Assembly (NCBI GenBank): GCA_963718635.1
Contig: OY970367.1
Location: 4,499,922-4,563,921, forward strand
Reading direction: 5' to 3'
DNA from: an uncultured Planctomycetota bacterium
GTDB taxonomy: Bacteria; Planctomycetota; Planctomycetia; Gemmatales; Gemmataceae
Length of the DNA: 64,000 bases
Shown piece after piece: positions 8,937 through 19,500 of this stretch. Position 1 is the stretch's first letter; every line of letters starts with the position of its first letter. The position numbers were made by a program, and so were the translations under genes. The notes beneath the pieces were generated by a model. That model had not been told where the DNA came from, searched no databases, and was given only the letters and a program-made list of their open reading frames with translations.

Positions 8937-9764
8937 CTAGTCCGTCGCGCTGCTTGCCTCAAGTTGCCGGGCGCGGAACATCCAGTACAGGACCGCTTTG
9001 ATTTCAAACGGCTTCATGTCGGGTTTCAGCGAAAGAATGCGGGCAATAATGCCCGTCAGATGAGGGGTCGCCCAACTCGTTGCCGGCTCCTGACTGAAGG
9101 GGCCAAGATAGCCGCGGCTGTGTGCTTGAAACTCGACTGTTTCTCGCAGGAGATAAGCAAATTGCAAGGGGTCGGCAAAGAGAGCCTTATCCACTGAAAG
9201 CAGAGTAGTTGCAAAGGCGGCCGGATAACTGCGGGTTAGGGGATGGTCGTTATGAGCCGCAGCGACAATTACTACATCCTTGAAGTAAGCCTGCTCGATC
9301 GCTCGTTGAAAGAGCACGCGCTTCTGCATCTGCACCATTCGGTTTTCGGGAACGCCGAGCGATAGGTTGACCACCTTGCATTTCCAGACGTCAACCGCAT
9401 GCTGGATCGCGCGAATGACCGTCTCGACTTCCGAAGTTCCCGCAGCGCCAAAAACGTCTGCGCTAAACAGGCGTGCTCGCGGCGCCAAACGCAGAATGAT
9501 GTCGGCGACCGTAGTGCCGTGCGGCGACGATTGCTTCCCCCCATCGGGGAGCGGGTCGGGAGATTCAGCGCGGAAGATAGCGCCCTCAATGGGATATATT
9601 GCGTGGTGAGCGTCTTCAAACCTCGCTTCGATAACCGCACGTTCAACGCCGCTGTCGATCAATGCAATGCGAACGCCTTCGCCGGTGGCGCGCTCATTGC
9701 GCAGCAGGCGGTCGGGCGTCAGCATGGCAATCAGATCGTCAAACACATTGTTGGTTTGGCTCAT
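8937..9764 (-). CDS. S8-family (subtilisin-like) serine peptidase, no signal peptide
   Basis: Catalytic triad blocks ALIDSGV (Asp), HGTTVADI (His) and SWATPHLTGI (Ser). The start is taken at MSQTNN, 12 nt downstream of the response-regulator stop. Confidence 0.75.
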   Translation of the reverse strand: MSQTNNVFDDLIAMLTPDRLLRNERATGEGVRIALIDSGVERAVIEARFEDAHHAIYPIEGAIFRAESPDPLPDGGKQSSPHGTTVADIILRLAPRARLFSADVFGAAGTSEVETVIRAIQHAVDVWKCKVVNLSLGVPENRMVQMQKRVLFQRAIEQAYFKDVVIVAAAHNDHPLTRSYPAAFATTLLSVDKALFADPLQFAYLLRETVEFQAHSRGYLGPFSQEPATSWATPHLTGIIARILSLKPDMKPFEIKAVLYWMFRARQLEASSATD

Positions 9765-9775
9765 GGAGACTTTTT

Positions 9776-11011
9776 CTAAACGCCGGTTATCTCGTCGAGC
9801 AATTGGCGCAAATTTTCGACCAGCAACGTGCAATGTTTAACGGCCGACTCTCCATGCCGAAGTGCCAAGACCCGCACGGCCTCCGCCAGCCGTAACGACG
9901 CGCTCGCATCAATGACTGAGTTGGCCGATGCGCTCAGGCCTTCTTTCAGGCGTTCGAGCACGGCGGCGGACGGTGGGTCCGCGGTCTCATCATCCAGCGC
10001 CAGGGTTAGCGATTGGCTCGCTTGCAAAGCCGCTTCAACGGCAATGAAGAGGGTGCGGCGCGTCTGCCGGTCTGACATGGCCTGTCGCAAGAGCTCGGCG
10101 CTGAATTCGGAAGCCGTAGCGACCGAGGAACGATCTTCATCACTGAAGGGAAGGCCGTCTTTTCGATCGAAGAGTTCAAGGACGACAAAGGTGCCGGCAG
10201 CAACTTGAATGGGTGCAGCCAGCAAGTAGCGGTGGTCGCGTTCAAAAGGCTGGAGTTGCAGGGTCCCGTCAGCGCTCGCTTCGTTCAAACTGAGCGAACA
10301 TGGAGCTTGCATCGAAACGACGCTGGCGGCCAGCGACTGGGCGAAAGGGATTGTCGGAGGGTCCAGTGGGTTGCCGTCGCTCGCAAAAGCACGGAAGAGT
10401 TCCGGCCCTTCCGCAGGCATGTGGCGTGCGACAAGGACGCCATCGGTCGCGCCGGTGGTGCGCAACAGAAATCGGAATAGGCTGCGGATCGCTTCTGGCA
10501 GAGGCGCGGGATCATTCATCGCAGCGGAGGACTGCACCAAAGGCAATACTTTCTCGACCGCTTCGCGAAACGCGAAGAGGCTGCGATTGAACTGGCGCTG
10601 ACGCTTTGCGGGTATGATCCGGTCGAGCTGGCGGCGTACCGCCGCTAAGAATGTCTCGCGATTCAAATCTTGATTTTTATCGAGGTAGTCGCGCACTCCC
10701 ATGCGCAGTGCGTCGAGAGGAGTCGCTTGATGAGCAAACCCCGTAACCATAATCGCCACGATATCGGGATGGAATTCCGCAAGATCTTCGAGGAGTTGTA
10801 AACCATCGGCCCCCTGGCCGAGATTCCAGTCGAGTATCGCCAAATCGACCGAATGGCGGCTGGCATGAAGCAATGCCGATTCCGCGTCGGCCACCGCATG
10901 AACCTCGCATCGAAGATGGGCCGCCGACAACCAATCGACAAACGTACGGCGGATCGATTCCTCGTCGTCCACAATCAATATGGATTCAATCATGTCCGCA
11001 CGCGGATTCAT
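9776..11011 (-). CDS. Response regulator: CheY-like receiver domain + C-terminal GAF-like domain
   Basis: ILIVDDEESIRRTF...DLAILDWNLG...IVAIMVTGF gives the phospho-acceptor Asp context. The C-terminal ~250 aa resemble a GAF/PAS fold. The true start is probably MIESIL at ~10993. Confidence 0.75.
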   Translation of the reverse strand: MNPRADMIESILIVDDEESIRRTFVDWLSAAHLRCEVHAVADAESALLHASRHSVDLAILDWNLGQGADGLQLLEDLAEFHPDIVAIMVTGFAHQATPLDALRMGVRDYLDKNQDLNRETFLAAVRRQLDRIIPAKRQRQFNRSLFAFREAVEKVLPLVQSSAAMNDPAPLPEAIRSLFRFLLRTTGATDGVLVARHMPAEGPELFRAFASDGNPLDPPTIPFAQSLAASVVSMQAPCSLSLNEASADGTLQLQPFERDHRYLLAAPIQVAAGTFVVLELFDRKDGLPFSDEDRSSVATASEFSAELLRQAMSDRQTRRTLFIAVEAALQASQSLTLALDDETADPPSAAVLERLKEGLSASANSVIDASASLRLAEAVRVLALRHGESAVKHCTLLVENLRQLLDEITGV

Positions 11012-11282
11012 AAGCGTTCCAAGCTTCGGTCAAACGATTCGTCAGCAGATTCAAGACAGCCAGCCATCTAAACGAAGCTGAGTCGTTCTTGATATCATGT
11101 GCCAGGCGCGCGTATTGCAAGGCGTCATCGAGCCGACCGATCTGAAAGGCCCAACGCGTCTGTTGCAGAAGCCAAGGACGTTGGTTTTCCATGTCAAAAA
11201 GCAAGGATAAGTCGGCTTTGCAGCGCCGGCACCCAGGCCCTGCTGTATTCTCTGCTTTACAAACGGGACAAGCCAACGGCAT
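10986..11282 (-). CDS. Small Cys-containing protein (CPVC...CRRC zinc-finger-like) upstream of the response regulator
   Basis: 98-aa ORF whose stop overlaps the RR start. The CxxC...CxxC pair is the only support, so it could be spurious. Confidence 0.3.
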   Translation of the reverse strand: MPLACPVCKAENTAGPGCRRCKADLSLLFDMENQRPWLLQQTRWAFQIGRLDDALQYARLAHDIKNDSASFRWLAVLNLLTNRLTEAWNAYESACGHD

Positions 11283-11491
11283 TCAACGTCTCCACGAGAT
11301 CGCTTGTAGATAGTACGACCATTAATGAACGGGAATTTTACGCAGTGATAGGCGAAATGCGAGGGGTATCTATGCCTCGGACTATGGCAATCCGCCGGTT
11401 CGAAAATAGAGCGATCCTTGACCCTTCCCAGTGCTTCGCGCTATAATCGCTCCTGTCGCTAAAGCCTGTCGCAAAAGAAAGTGAGGCTCTC

Positions 11492-11902
11492 GTGCCCGTA
11501 CAGATGGAACTTCGCCGGATCATCATCAGCGAGGTTCACGACCAGCAAGTAATTGTGTTGCGCGAAGTGGACGGCGATCGAAGTTTTCCGATCGTAATCG
11601 GCATCTTCGAGGCGACGAGCATCGACCGCCGTGTGAAGAATATGCCTTCTCCACGGCCTTTGACGCACGATCTGCTTGCTCAAATCATCGACGACCTTGG
11701 GGGCGACATTCAGGATGTGATCATCAGCGATTTACGCGATCATACCTACTATGCCAAACTCCGTATTCGGCATGAAGGCGAACTGCTTGAAGTCGACAGC
11801 AGGCCGAGCGACGCGATCGCCATTGCAGTCACCGCTCGAGTCCCCATCTATGTCAGTGAAGAGGTCTTGAGCGAAACGACCGATGAAAATGAGCTCGAAT
11901 AA
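11492..11902 (+). CDS. Bifunctional nuclease family protein (DUF151/BFN domain)
   Basis: Family pattern: ...VVLREVDGDRSFPIVIGIFEA...DSRPSDAIAIAVTARVPIYVSEEV. GTG start. Confidence 0.65.
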   Translation: MPVQMELRRIIISEVHDQQVIVLREVDGDRSFPIVIGIFEATSIDRRVKNMPSPRPLTHDLLAQIIDDLGGDIQDVIISDLRDHTYYAKLRIRHEGELLEVDSRPSDAIAIAVTARVPIYVSEEVLSETTDENELE

Positions 11903-12107
11903 AATTGTTCGACTTTCAGTGCCGCAGGCCGCTGTCAGATATTTCCGCACAATGCCAGGTCATGGGCATCATTTCTTTTGAAAACAGCGCAATACTGCCC
12001 CGGCTGCGGAGCGATTAGGCATCGCGATTTCTGTATCACGCGGAAAAGCCGCAAAAGATTACGCTGTCGGCTGAAGGTGCCCTTCTAAAAAATAATCGCG
12101 GGAAAAA

Positions 12108-12136
12108 TTGACACTTCCCGGAAAGTGTTTTACTCT
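12108..12136 (+). promoter_or_regulatory. Sigma70-like promoter candidate (TTGACA-17 nt-TACTCT) overlapping a near-palindrome CACTTCCCGGAAAGTG
   Basis: Read directly. It is about 150 nt upstream of the Flp pilin start. Confidence 0.3.
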
Positions 12137-12288
12137 TGGATGCGGAGAAACCGGACATGGTTCGGTCCCCACTCCCATCCCCCTTGCTTTCCCCTCATCC
12201 GTCGTCTGAATTCCCGTCTTGACAGTGCTCCATAGGCATCAAAAGTTCTTTTCATCGACACGTTAAACTCGGGCACCAGGGGATCATC

Positions 12289-12477
12289 ATGCGCGAATTC
12301 TCCAAATCAGTCATCCAGTTCGTTAAAGAGGAACAAGGGCCGACAGCTGTCGAATATGCCGTCATGCTAGCCCTGATTATTGTTGTCTGCATCGCTGCGA
12401 TCCAGACGCTTGGGTCAAACGCCAACAACACGTTCAGCTTCACTGCAAGGGCCCTGACTCCAGCCGGTGGAAGCTGA
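12289..12477 (+). CDS. flp: Flp family type IVb pilin
   Basis: 62 aa with the hallmark EEQGPTAVEYAVMLALIIVVCIAA motif (Flp/Fap G-x-T-A-V-E-Y). An RBS aggggatcatcATG is present. Confidence 0.85.
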   Translation: MREFSKSVIQFVKEEQGPTAVEYAVMLALIIVVCIAAIQTLGSNANNTFSFTARALTPAGGS

Positions 12478-12512
12478 CATTGACACAAGCACTCGTCAGC
12501 TAGCTGCACCTG

Positions 12513-14357
12513 TCAACCGCCGCAGCCGGAGCCTTCGGAAACGGCCTCGGCCATTACCTTCAACTGAATGACGCTGCGCTCTTGCTCTTTTTCCAGATAG
12601 GCTCGCCCTTTTTTGACGTTTACGTGGTCCCAAGGCAGCAGCTCGGTTACCGGTCGTTGGCGATGCGAGTAAAAGTTGACATCGATCCCGAGATCGGCGA
12701 ACGTCGACCACCAAAGATCGGGATTGAAGTGCTCGCGCCAGCCATCAAGGCGGGCGCCTCGCTTCCAAGCTTCGTACAAGGCAGGCGAGACCCGGCGATC
12801 GCCGCGCGTCAGAATGCCTTCGAGCAGGCTCGTTTCCACGTCGTGTTGCTTAATTTTCACGGCTTTCAGACGACACTTGCTGCGAATGTATTGCCCGGCC
12901 CACTTGAAGTACTCGCGCGATTGCATGCCGTTCCACTGGTAAGGTGTATGCGGCTTGGGTACGAAATTCGAAACGCTGGCGGTCACTTCCGCATACCGGC
13001 CGCGAACTTCTTTACCGACGCGGGCGATGGTTTCGGAAAGTTCCACGATCCCTTCGAGATCGACTGGTCGCTCGCCCGGCAACCCGCAGAGGAAGTAGAG
13101 CTTCACTTTCTCCCAGCCGTTTTTGAAGGCTTCACGGCAGCCTTCGATCAAGTCGTCGTTCTTGATTTTCTTGCGGATTTGTTCCCGCATATCGTCGCGG
13201 GCTACTTCGGGCGCGAGAGTTAGGCCATGCTTGCGAACGCCTTTGATCAGCTTTGGCAGACTACGCAGTTGATGGTTCACCCGGAGGCTCGGCAGCGATA
13301 CGTTGACGCCCAACGGATTGAAAACTTCGTGCATTTTGTTCACGAGTTCTTCGAAGTGCGGGTAATCGCTGCTGGAAAGGCTTAGGAGCGAAATTTCATT
13401 TGTGCCCGTGTTACGATAACTTTCCAACGCGCCTTGCACGATGGTGTCTACGCTGCGCACGCGCAGCGGCCGTTTGATCACCGTGGACTGGCAAAAACGG
13501 CACTGCCAAGGGCAGCCGCGCATGATTTCGATGGCAATGCGATCGTGTGGCGTCTCAACAAAAGGAATGATCGGCTTGGTGGGCAGGGGAATGTCGTCAA
13601 AGTCCTGCGTAATGGTGCAAGCGGCCACTTCGCGCGGGACATCGGCGCGGGTACGATTCATGGTCGCCAGCGTGCCATCCGCATGGTATTCGGGCTCATA
13701 GAACTGCGGTGCGTACGCCCAGTTCGTCGAGCCGACAATGCTCGCCAAAATATCAGCCCGGCGTTCGGCACTGTAATCGCCGTCGCGACGCGCCGCTTCC
13801 TTTCCGGCAATCCATTTCTCCATCACGAACGGTAAGGACTCTTCACCATCGCCAATGACGAACAGATCGATAAACGGCGCGAGCAATTCCGGGTTCTGAG
13901 CGCCAGGCCCGCCGGCGACAACCAAGGGATGATCGAGCGTACGTTCTTTGCTCCACATCGGGATGCGACCGAGATCGAGCATCGTCAAGATGTTGGTATA
14001 GCCGACTTCGTACTGCAAACTGAAACCGACGAGGTCGAATTCAACCAAGGGAGTGAAAGTCTCCAGCGAATAAAGCGGCAGGCTATGGGCGCGCAATTCT
14101 TTCTCGAAATCGAGCCAAGGGGTAAACGCCCGCTCGCACGCCCATTGCGGGTCGTTGTTCATGATTGAATAGAGCACCTGGTAGCCATGATGGCTCATTC
14201 CTAGTCCGTAAGTGTCCGGAAACGCCAGGCAGAGCTTGCCGCGAACATCGCGATGGTCCTTCACAACTGAGTTGAGTTCACCGCCGATGTACTGCGCTGG
14301 CGTGACAACGCGCGGTAAGAGGCGATGGACGGCTTGCTTCAGGGAACTGTTCAACAT
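12513..14357 (-). CDS. B12-binding-domain radical SAM protein (TIGR03960-like)
   Basis: CPWQCRFCQS radical-SAM cysteine triad. The N-terminus LPRVVTPAQYIGGELN is typical of this family. Start taken at MLNSSLKQ. Confidence 0.85.
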   Translation of the reverse strand: MLNSSLKQAVHRLLPRVVTPAQYIGGELNSVVKDHRDVRGKLCLAFPDTYGLGMSHHGYQVLYSIMNNDPQWACERAFTPWLDFEKELRAHSLPLYSLETFTPLVEFDLVGFSLQYEVGYTNILTMLDLGRIPMWSKERTLDHPLVVAGGPGAQNPELLAPFIDLFVIGDGEESLPFVMEKWIAGKEAARRDGDYSAERRADILASIVGSTNWAYAPQFYEPEYHADGTLATMNRTRADVPREVAACTITQDFDDIPLPTKPIIPFVETPHDRIAIEIMRGCPWQCRFCQSTVIKRPLRVRSVDTIVQGALESYRNTGTNEISLLSLSSSDYPHFEELVNKMHEVFNPLGVNVSLPSLRVNHQLRSLPKLIKGVRKHGLTLAPEVARDDMREQIRKKIKNDDLIEGCREAFKNGWEKVKLYFLCGLPGERPVDLEGIVELSETIARVGKEVRGRYAEVTASVSNFVPKPHTPYQWNGMQSREYFKWAGQYIRSKCRLKAVKIKQHDVETSLLEGILTRGDRRVSPALYEAWKRGARLDGWREHFNPDLWWSTFADLGIDVNFYSHRQRPVTELLPWDHVNVKKGRAYLEKEQERSVIQLKVMAEAVSEGSGCGG

Positions 14358-14479
14358 TATCCAATGCTCCGGAAAATCGCGTTCGCAGCGGTATCGAGCT
14401 TGATCGGCGCCAAACACAATACAAAGGACAACGGTCAGTCTAGCGGATTTCATTCGATGGGGCTTGCTTCAGCTGGAAG

Positions 14480-15141
14480 TTGCCGGCGTATTGCTTAAAG
14501 GACAGGAAGGGATTGATCACGATGAAATCCGAGCCGAGCGATATACCGAGGCTCCACGTGCGCCCTTCCATCGAATCATTCGCTCGCATTGTGGTCGGCT
14601 ACCACGGGTGTACGGAAGCTTTCGCGAAGACGCTGCTTCTGAGAAAGAAACCGATCAATCAGTGGCTGCCGAGCACGAATGAATGGGACTGGCTGGGCAA
14701 TGGCATCTACTTCTGGGAACACGCCCCTGAGCGTGCGCTGCGATGGGCGCACGAGCGCTGCGCAAGAACTCGCTGGCGACCTGCTGTGCTCGGAGCCTAA
14801 TCCAACTCGGTCGTTGCTTCGATTTGCTCAATGAAAGCATTACCTCACTACTGCGTGATACTTATGATCAGACAGCCTTTTCATTCGCGGAATTGGGTGG
14901 CGAACTTCCTAAAAACACTGGCCGTGACTGGAAAATGCGGCATCTCGATCAACTTGTAATCAACCAATGCATCAATGGTTTACAAAAGGAAGGAAGAGAG
15001 TTTGATACGGTGCGAGGAGCTTTCCTGGAAGGCGAGCCGGTCTATCCAGGCGCTGGCTTTTCGAGCGGAAGCCATATCCAAATCGCCGCGCGAAATTCTG
15101 CTTGTATTCTCGGAGTCTTTTTGCCAAACTTACTTATATGA
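14480..15141 (+). pseudogene. Hypothetical protein split over two overlapping frames (apparent frameshift near 14750-14800)
   Basis: ORFs 14480..14800 and 14743..15141 overlap in different frames. No domain recognised. Confidence 0.3.
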
Positions 15142-15386
15142 ATAACCCATTCCTTACGACTGAAGAACTGGCAGCGGATGCTCGAGAAGCCTTACGTAAC
15201 AGACCGAAGTTAACGGGCCGAGAGTATTTTGTTCAAATGATTCGAAATGGATTCATCAACGAATATGGGGAAGTGACACGCATTATCGGCGGTGAAGCGG
15301 AGCCGACGCGCGACTACAAGAATTATACGCTCGAACGACTGGATGCGAGGAAGCTGAGAAAGAAGAAGGTTTCGAAAACGGACTGA
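15138..15386 (+). CDS. Hypothetical small protein
   Basis: MNNPFLTTEELAADAREALRNRPKLTGREYFVQMIRNGFINEYGE...; no known domain. Confidence 0.4.
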   Translation: MNNPFLTTEELAADAREALRNRPKLTGREYFVQMIRNGFINEYGEVTRIIGGEAEPTRDYKNYTLERLDARKLRKKKVSKTD

Positions 15387-15407
15387 AGGTTTAGCGCAGC
15401 AGCCGCT

Positions 15408-16474
15408 TTATTTCTTCAGCCACTTCTCGCAAAAGTCGATCGATTCTCGCCGTTGGTCGGCCGTAACGCTATGACCAACACCTTCGGCCACGTTGATTTT
15501 CAGGTGATCAGAAATTTTTGCCTCTGCGTATGCATTTTCGACCGTTTTGAAAGCGATGCGAGCGCCTTCAATCGGGCAGTTCGGATCTTTTTCACCGTTC
15601 GCAATATACAAGGGTCTGCCGACGAATAACAGCAGCATGTTCGGGCAATCGTATTCATCCAAAATTCCCGGAATGACTTTGCTCCAAAGCGTTCGACAGA
15701 CCTTTGCATTCACCTGCGGCTCGCTGAGATCTTTGGCAGCCGCCTCGTGAGCCGCTTTGATCGTATTAGCCCGTCCTTGCCATTTCTCATTAGCCAAGCT
15801 CCAGCGAAAGCTCTGTACGCCGATCAACGGTGCAGCAACAGCGATGCGCTCATCGACTGAGGCAGCCAACCAGGTTTCAATACCGCCCATTGACGTGCCT
15901 GACATGCCAATCCGTTTCGGGTCAATTTCGGGGCGAAGCTGAAGGTAATCGACAAGTCGCCATAAGTCCCAACAGGTATCGTAATAGAACGGGTGTTCCA
16001 TCGAGGTTTTCGGCTCTTTCCAGGCGCGGGCAATGGCGGCAACATATGCAGCCGAGCCCTTGGCGCCACCGGAGCGTTCGCCGTGGTAACGGGCATCGAT
16101 CGCGATGCCGACGATTCCGCGCTTGGCAAATTCTGTGAGCCAGGAACGCTGCGACTCTTTGGTGCCGCCTGTACCGTGCAGAACGATCATGGCGGGATAT
16201 TTTCCTGCTTTCGAAGGTCGCACAATCAAGGTCGGCACACGCTCAATGCTGCCATCGGACTTTTTTTCACTAGCGAAACTAAAGTGTTCGGTGATAAGGC
16301 CGTCAGCTTCTTGAGCCACAGCAAGCTCTTTGACGTCGGCGGGAATGATTGGACGATCGAGCATTTTCCGAAACGCGTCGCGGGTTTGTTCAGCGGTGAG
16401 AGCTTTTCGTGTATCCTCGCAATGTGCGAGCACGGGAGCAACAACCAACAGCAAAAGGCAGCGGAAAAAATGCA
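15408..16474 (-). CDS. Secreted alpha/beta-hydrolase (dienelactone hydrolase / acetyl-xylan-esterase-like)
   Basis: Signal peptide MHFFRCLLLLVVAPVLAHC. A GxSxG nucleophile elbow GTSMGG. Consistent Asp/His context (NGEKDPNCP, VGHSV). Confidence 0.75.
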
Positions 16475-16513
16475 TAGCGGATCCTAAAGGATAATGAGTA
16501 TGCCGTGAACAGG

Positions 16514-19500
16514 CTACTCGCGCAAGAAACTCGCCCATTGCACATCAGTTCGGCTATGGGGGTTAATCTTTTCGGTGGTTTTGACCGCACGCACGGCTTC
16601 AGCGGCGAGCGCGCCGGCTTGCGGCGTCTCACTAATTACTAAGTCGTGAAACTCGCGATAGAGCACTATCTCGTTGGCGGAAGGTGAGACGCGAATTTGG
16701 AATTCAGGAATCAATTCCTGGGCAGTTTCCATCAAGCGCTTGCCGTGTGCATCGGACGTTACGCCAATAAGAAGGCTTTGGGCCTCTTGCCTTACAGTGG
16801 GCCCGAACGGTTCGGGCGTGCTCTCGTCGTAAGCGAGAAGGATTTCGCGCTGCGCCAGTTGCGCATCGGGCCGGTTGCGGAAAAACTCCTCGGCAGGCGT
16901 ATGTTGCCCAAGGCGTGCATCGACGAAAGCACGAAACTGAGCGATCAATAGTTCCTTGAAGCGAACGCCGCTCTCGTTCATCGACAGGCAGACATTGACA
17001 AGCCCTCGAAGATGACGGCGGATCTGTTGCTGTAAATGATCTTCTAATTCGCGGATCGCTTCCGGAGGTTGCTCGGCAATGAAACGGTCGGCGGCTTCGA
17101 GTAAATTACGGCAGCCCGAAGGCAAGATCGGGTGATCCTGCGATGGTCCCGGATCAGAACTCGCCTCGGCCATTTTTTGCATTTGGCCGGCCACTTCCGA
17201 CATACGCTGACGGCAAAGGCTGACTTCACGCAAGTATTCCGGCGCGTTGCCGAGCATCTGGCGATAAATGGAAATGATGTAACGCGAAAGCAGGAACTGC
17301 AAGCGTTTGCCGGGCCAATTGAGCATCCAGGTGTTCAGGTCGGCCACGGCAGCCGCTCGGCGCTTCTCCGCCTTAAAGAACCCGCCTTGCGAAAGGGCCC
17401 CGAGCATCGCCAACATTCGGCTGAACTCTTCTTCCAGTTCACGGCTGCGTTTGAGATTCTCTCGCTCGTTTTCGTCGATTAACGATTGCACGCGCTCGGT
17501 GCAAAGACGAATCGCGTCCTCGGCGCCGGCCATCCGAAACTGCGGCTGCTCGACGAAATGGACCGCCATTTTAGCGAATTTTACTTCGGACTCTTTCGTA
17601 AGCGGTTTCGCAATTGCTTCGAGCAGTCCCACTAGACGACCGGGTGTGTATTCTTCATCAGCGCCGGGTTTGCCGACAATCTGAAGAACGCGTTCGACGA
17701 TGGCGAGAACGTCGTTCACTTCCATTTTCGCCGCCAAGGCCGGTTCGTGCGGAAGGTTTTGTGCCTCAGCTTCGATGAGCACCTCCGGCTTTTCGTTCAA
17801 CGCATTGGCAAGGCCTGCTTCGAGAACGGATGAAAGAGACGCAGGGTCGAGTTGCTGTTTTTTCCATTGGTCATTGAACCATTCGGCAACAGCGCCGCGA
17901 ATCGGCGCGGCGTCCTTAGTGCACCACTGTTGGATCGTGCGCGCGGCGAATCGCTCGGCTATCGTGTCCAAAAGTCGCTGGCGAGGCCAGGTAATGCGAT
18001 AGAAGCCGAAAGACTGCAGCGACACACCGACCGGCGCCCGCTGTTTTTGATAGGCGGTCCGCGCTTCGTCGATGCCGCGGCCAAGAGGGGTCAGCGTTTC
18101 CTGATAAATCAACCCGGCAGCGCGATCGGCATTTGGCGGCGCGGTTTTCGATGGGGATCGCGGCAGACTCAGCAAGACGCAGCGTTCGAATGGCCGTTCC
18201 GGATCAGCTACCGAAGGAAGCCGTGTGTCAAAGCGTGCTTCAAACCGTGCCGATGGCTGACTGAAATGATCGATCTCTGCGAGCGTGGTGCAAACATTGG
18301 CGATCGGCAGCGTTTTGGGGGTAGTGCGTTCCACGCCGGGTGTCAGAAGCAACCCAGTCAGATGCGGCTTGGTAAATCCCATTTGGCGCATTTCTTGACG
18401 AATGATGTAAGCGAGATCGATTAACATGCCGGCGCCGGTTCCGCCGCAAAGGGACGAGGCAACGTAGACGCGAGGGCGATTTCCGCGAATGCCAAGCTTC
18501 GTCTGGCGATCGGCTTCGAGCAACACGTCGTCGGACAAAAACGTTTCAAGGTCTTTGCGGATTTTCTGCGAAATCGTCGGATAATGATCGAGCAATGCCA
18601 ACCGTCCGAGCGCGCGTATCCCGTCGGTCGCCGGCTCTCTAGGGATCCGATAGAGCGTTTCGTTGCTCATCCAAGTGTCGGGTGAGGGCAGCCCTTCACG
18701 CTTAAGATAATGACCGGGGCGATGGAGCTTGGCGTGGCAAACCTCGTCCATGCTGAGCGCTTCGCGTTTTTCGGCATTGGTGGCACTGTGAACCGTCTCC
18801 AGGTCAGTATCGATGAAGAGCCATTTCCAGTGCGGAAAGTCGCCACGTCCCAGGCGATCGTGCAAGTAGGCGCGTAGCCGCTGCATCACTTGCAAGCCGA
18901 CCTTGCCGGCGCCGACTATGTAGACCGGCATCAATACACCTTCGCCATTCTTTTCGGGTGGTGCGATGCCAAGGCTTGAGATCTGTCCCGTTTCAAACGC
19001 AGTCGGCCGCTGTATGGTTATGGGCGTGGCCATCGGCGTCGGCGAAGGACCGCGTGCCGCAGCTTGCGACGCTGCCGAACCGGGAGTGACCAACCGCGGC
19101 AGGCCTTTCAGAATGACCGGCGGCCGTTGGGTTAAGGGCGATGGCAGAGGGCTCAATTCCGGATTGGGGGGCGTGAACATCGGCTGGGCCGAGGCGGTGT
19201 CGGGCGTCTTGCCGGGGCGGAAGTTAGGCACCGTCCGTAGGGGATCTACTGTCGGCGCTACGGGCACGATGGGGACTCGTGCTGGGGCCGAGTTGCTCTC
19301 ACGGATGGCGCGGACAAAGTCGCCGCAGGTAGGCCAACGGTCTTCCGGCTTCTTGGAAAGCGCCCTCGAGACGGCCTCCCGTTCATTAGGCGGCAACGAT
19401 GACACATCAGGCACGGCCGAGATATGCTGCATCAAGAGATGCCGGGTGTTCGTTCCGGAAAACGGCCGCACACCCGTCAATAATTCCTGATAAACGATGG

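Noticed and set aside
12582-13223. 213-aa ORF on the plus strand
   Set aside because: It is antisense to the radical-SAM gene.
17852-18424. 190-aa ORF on the plus strand
   Set aside because: It lies inside, and antisense to, the kinase-tubulin gene.
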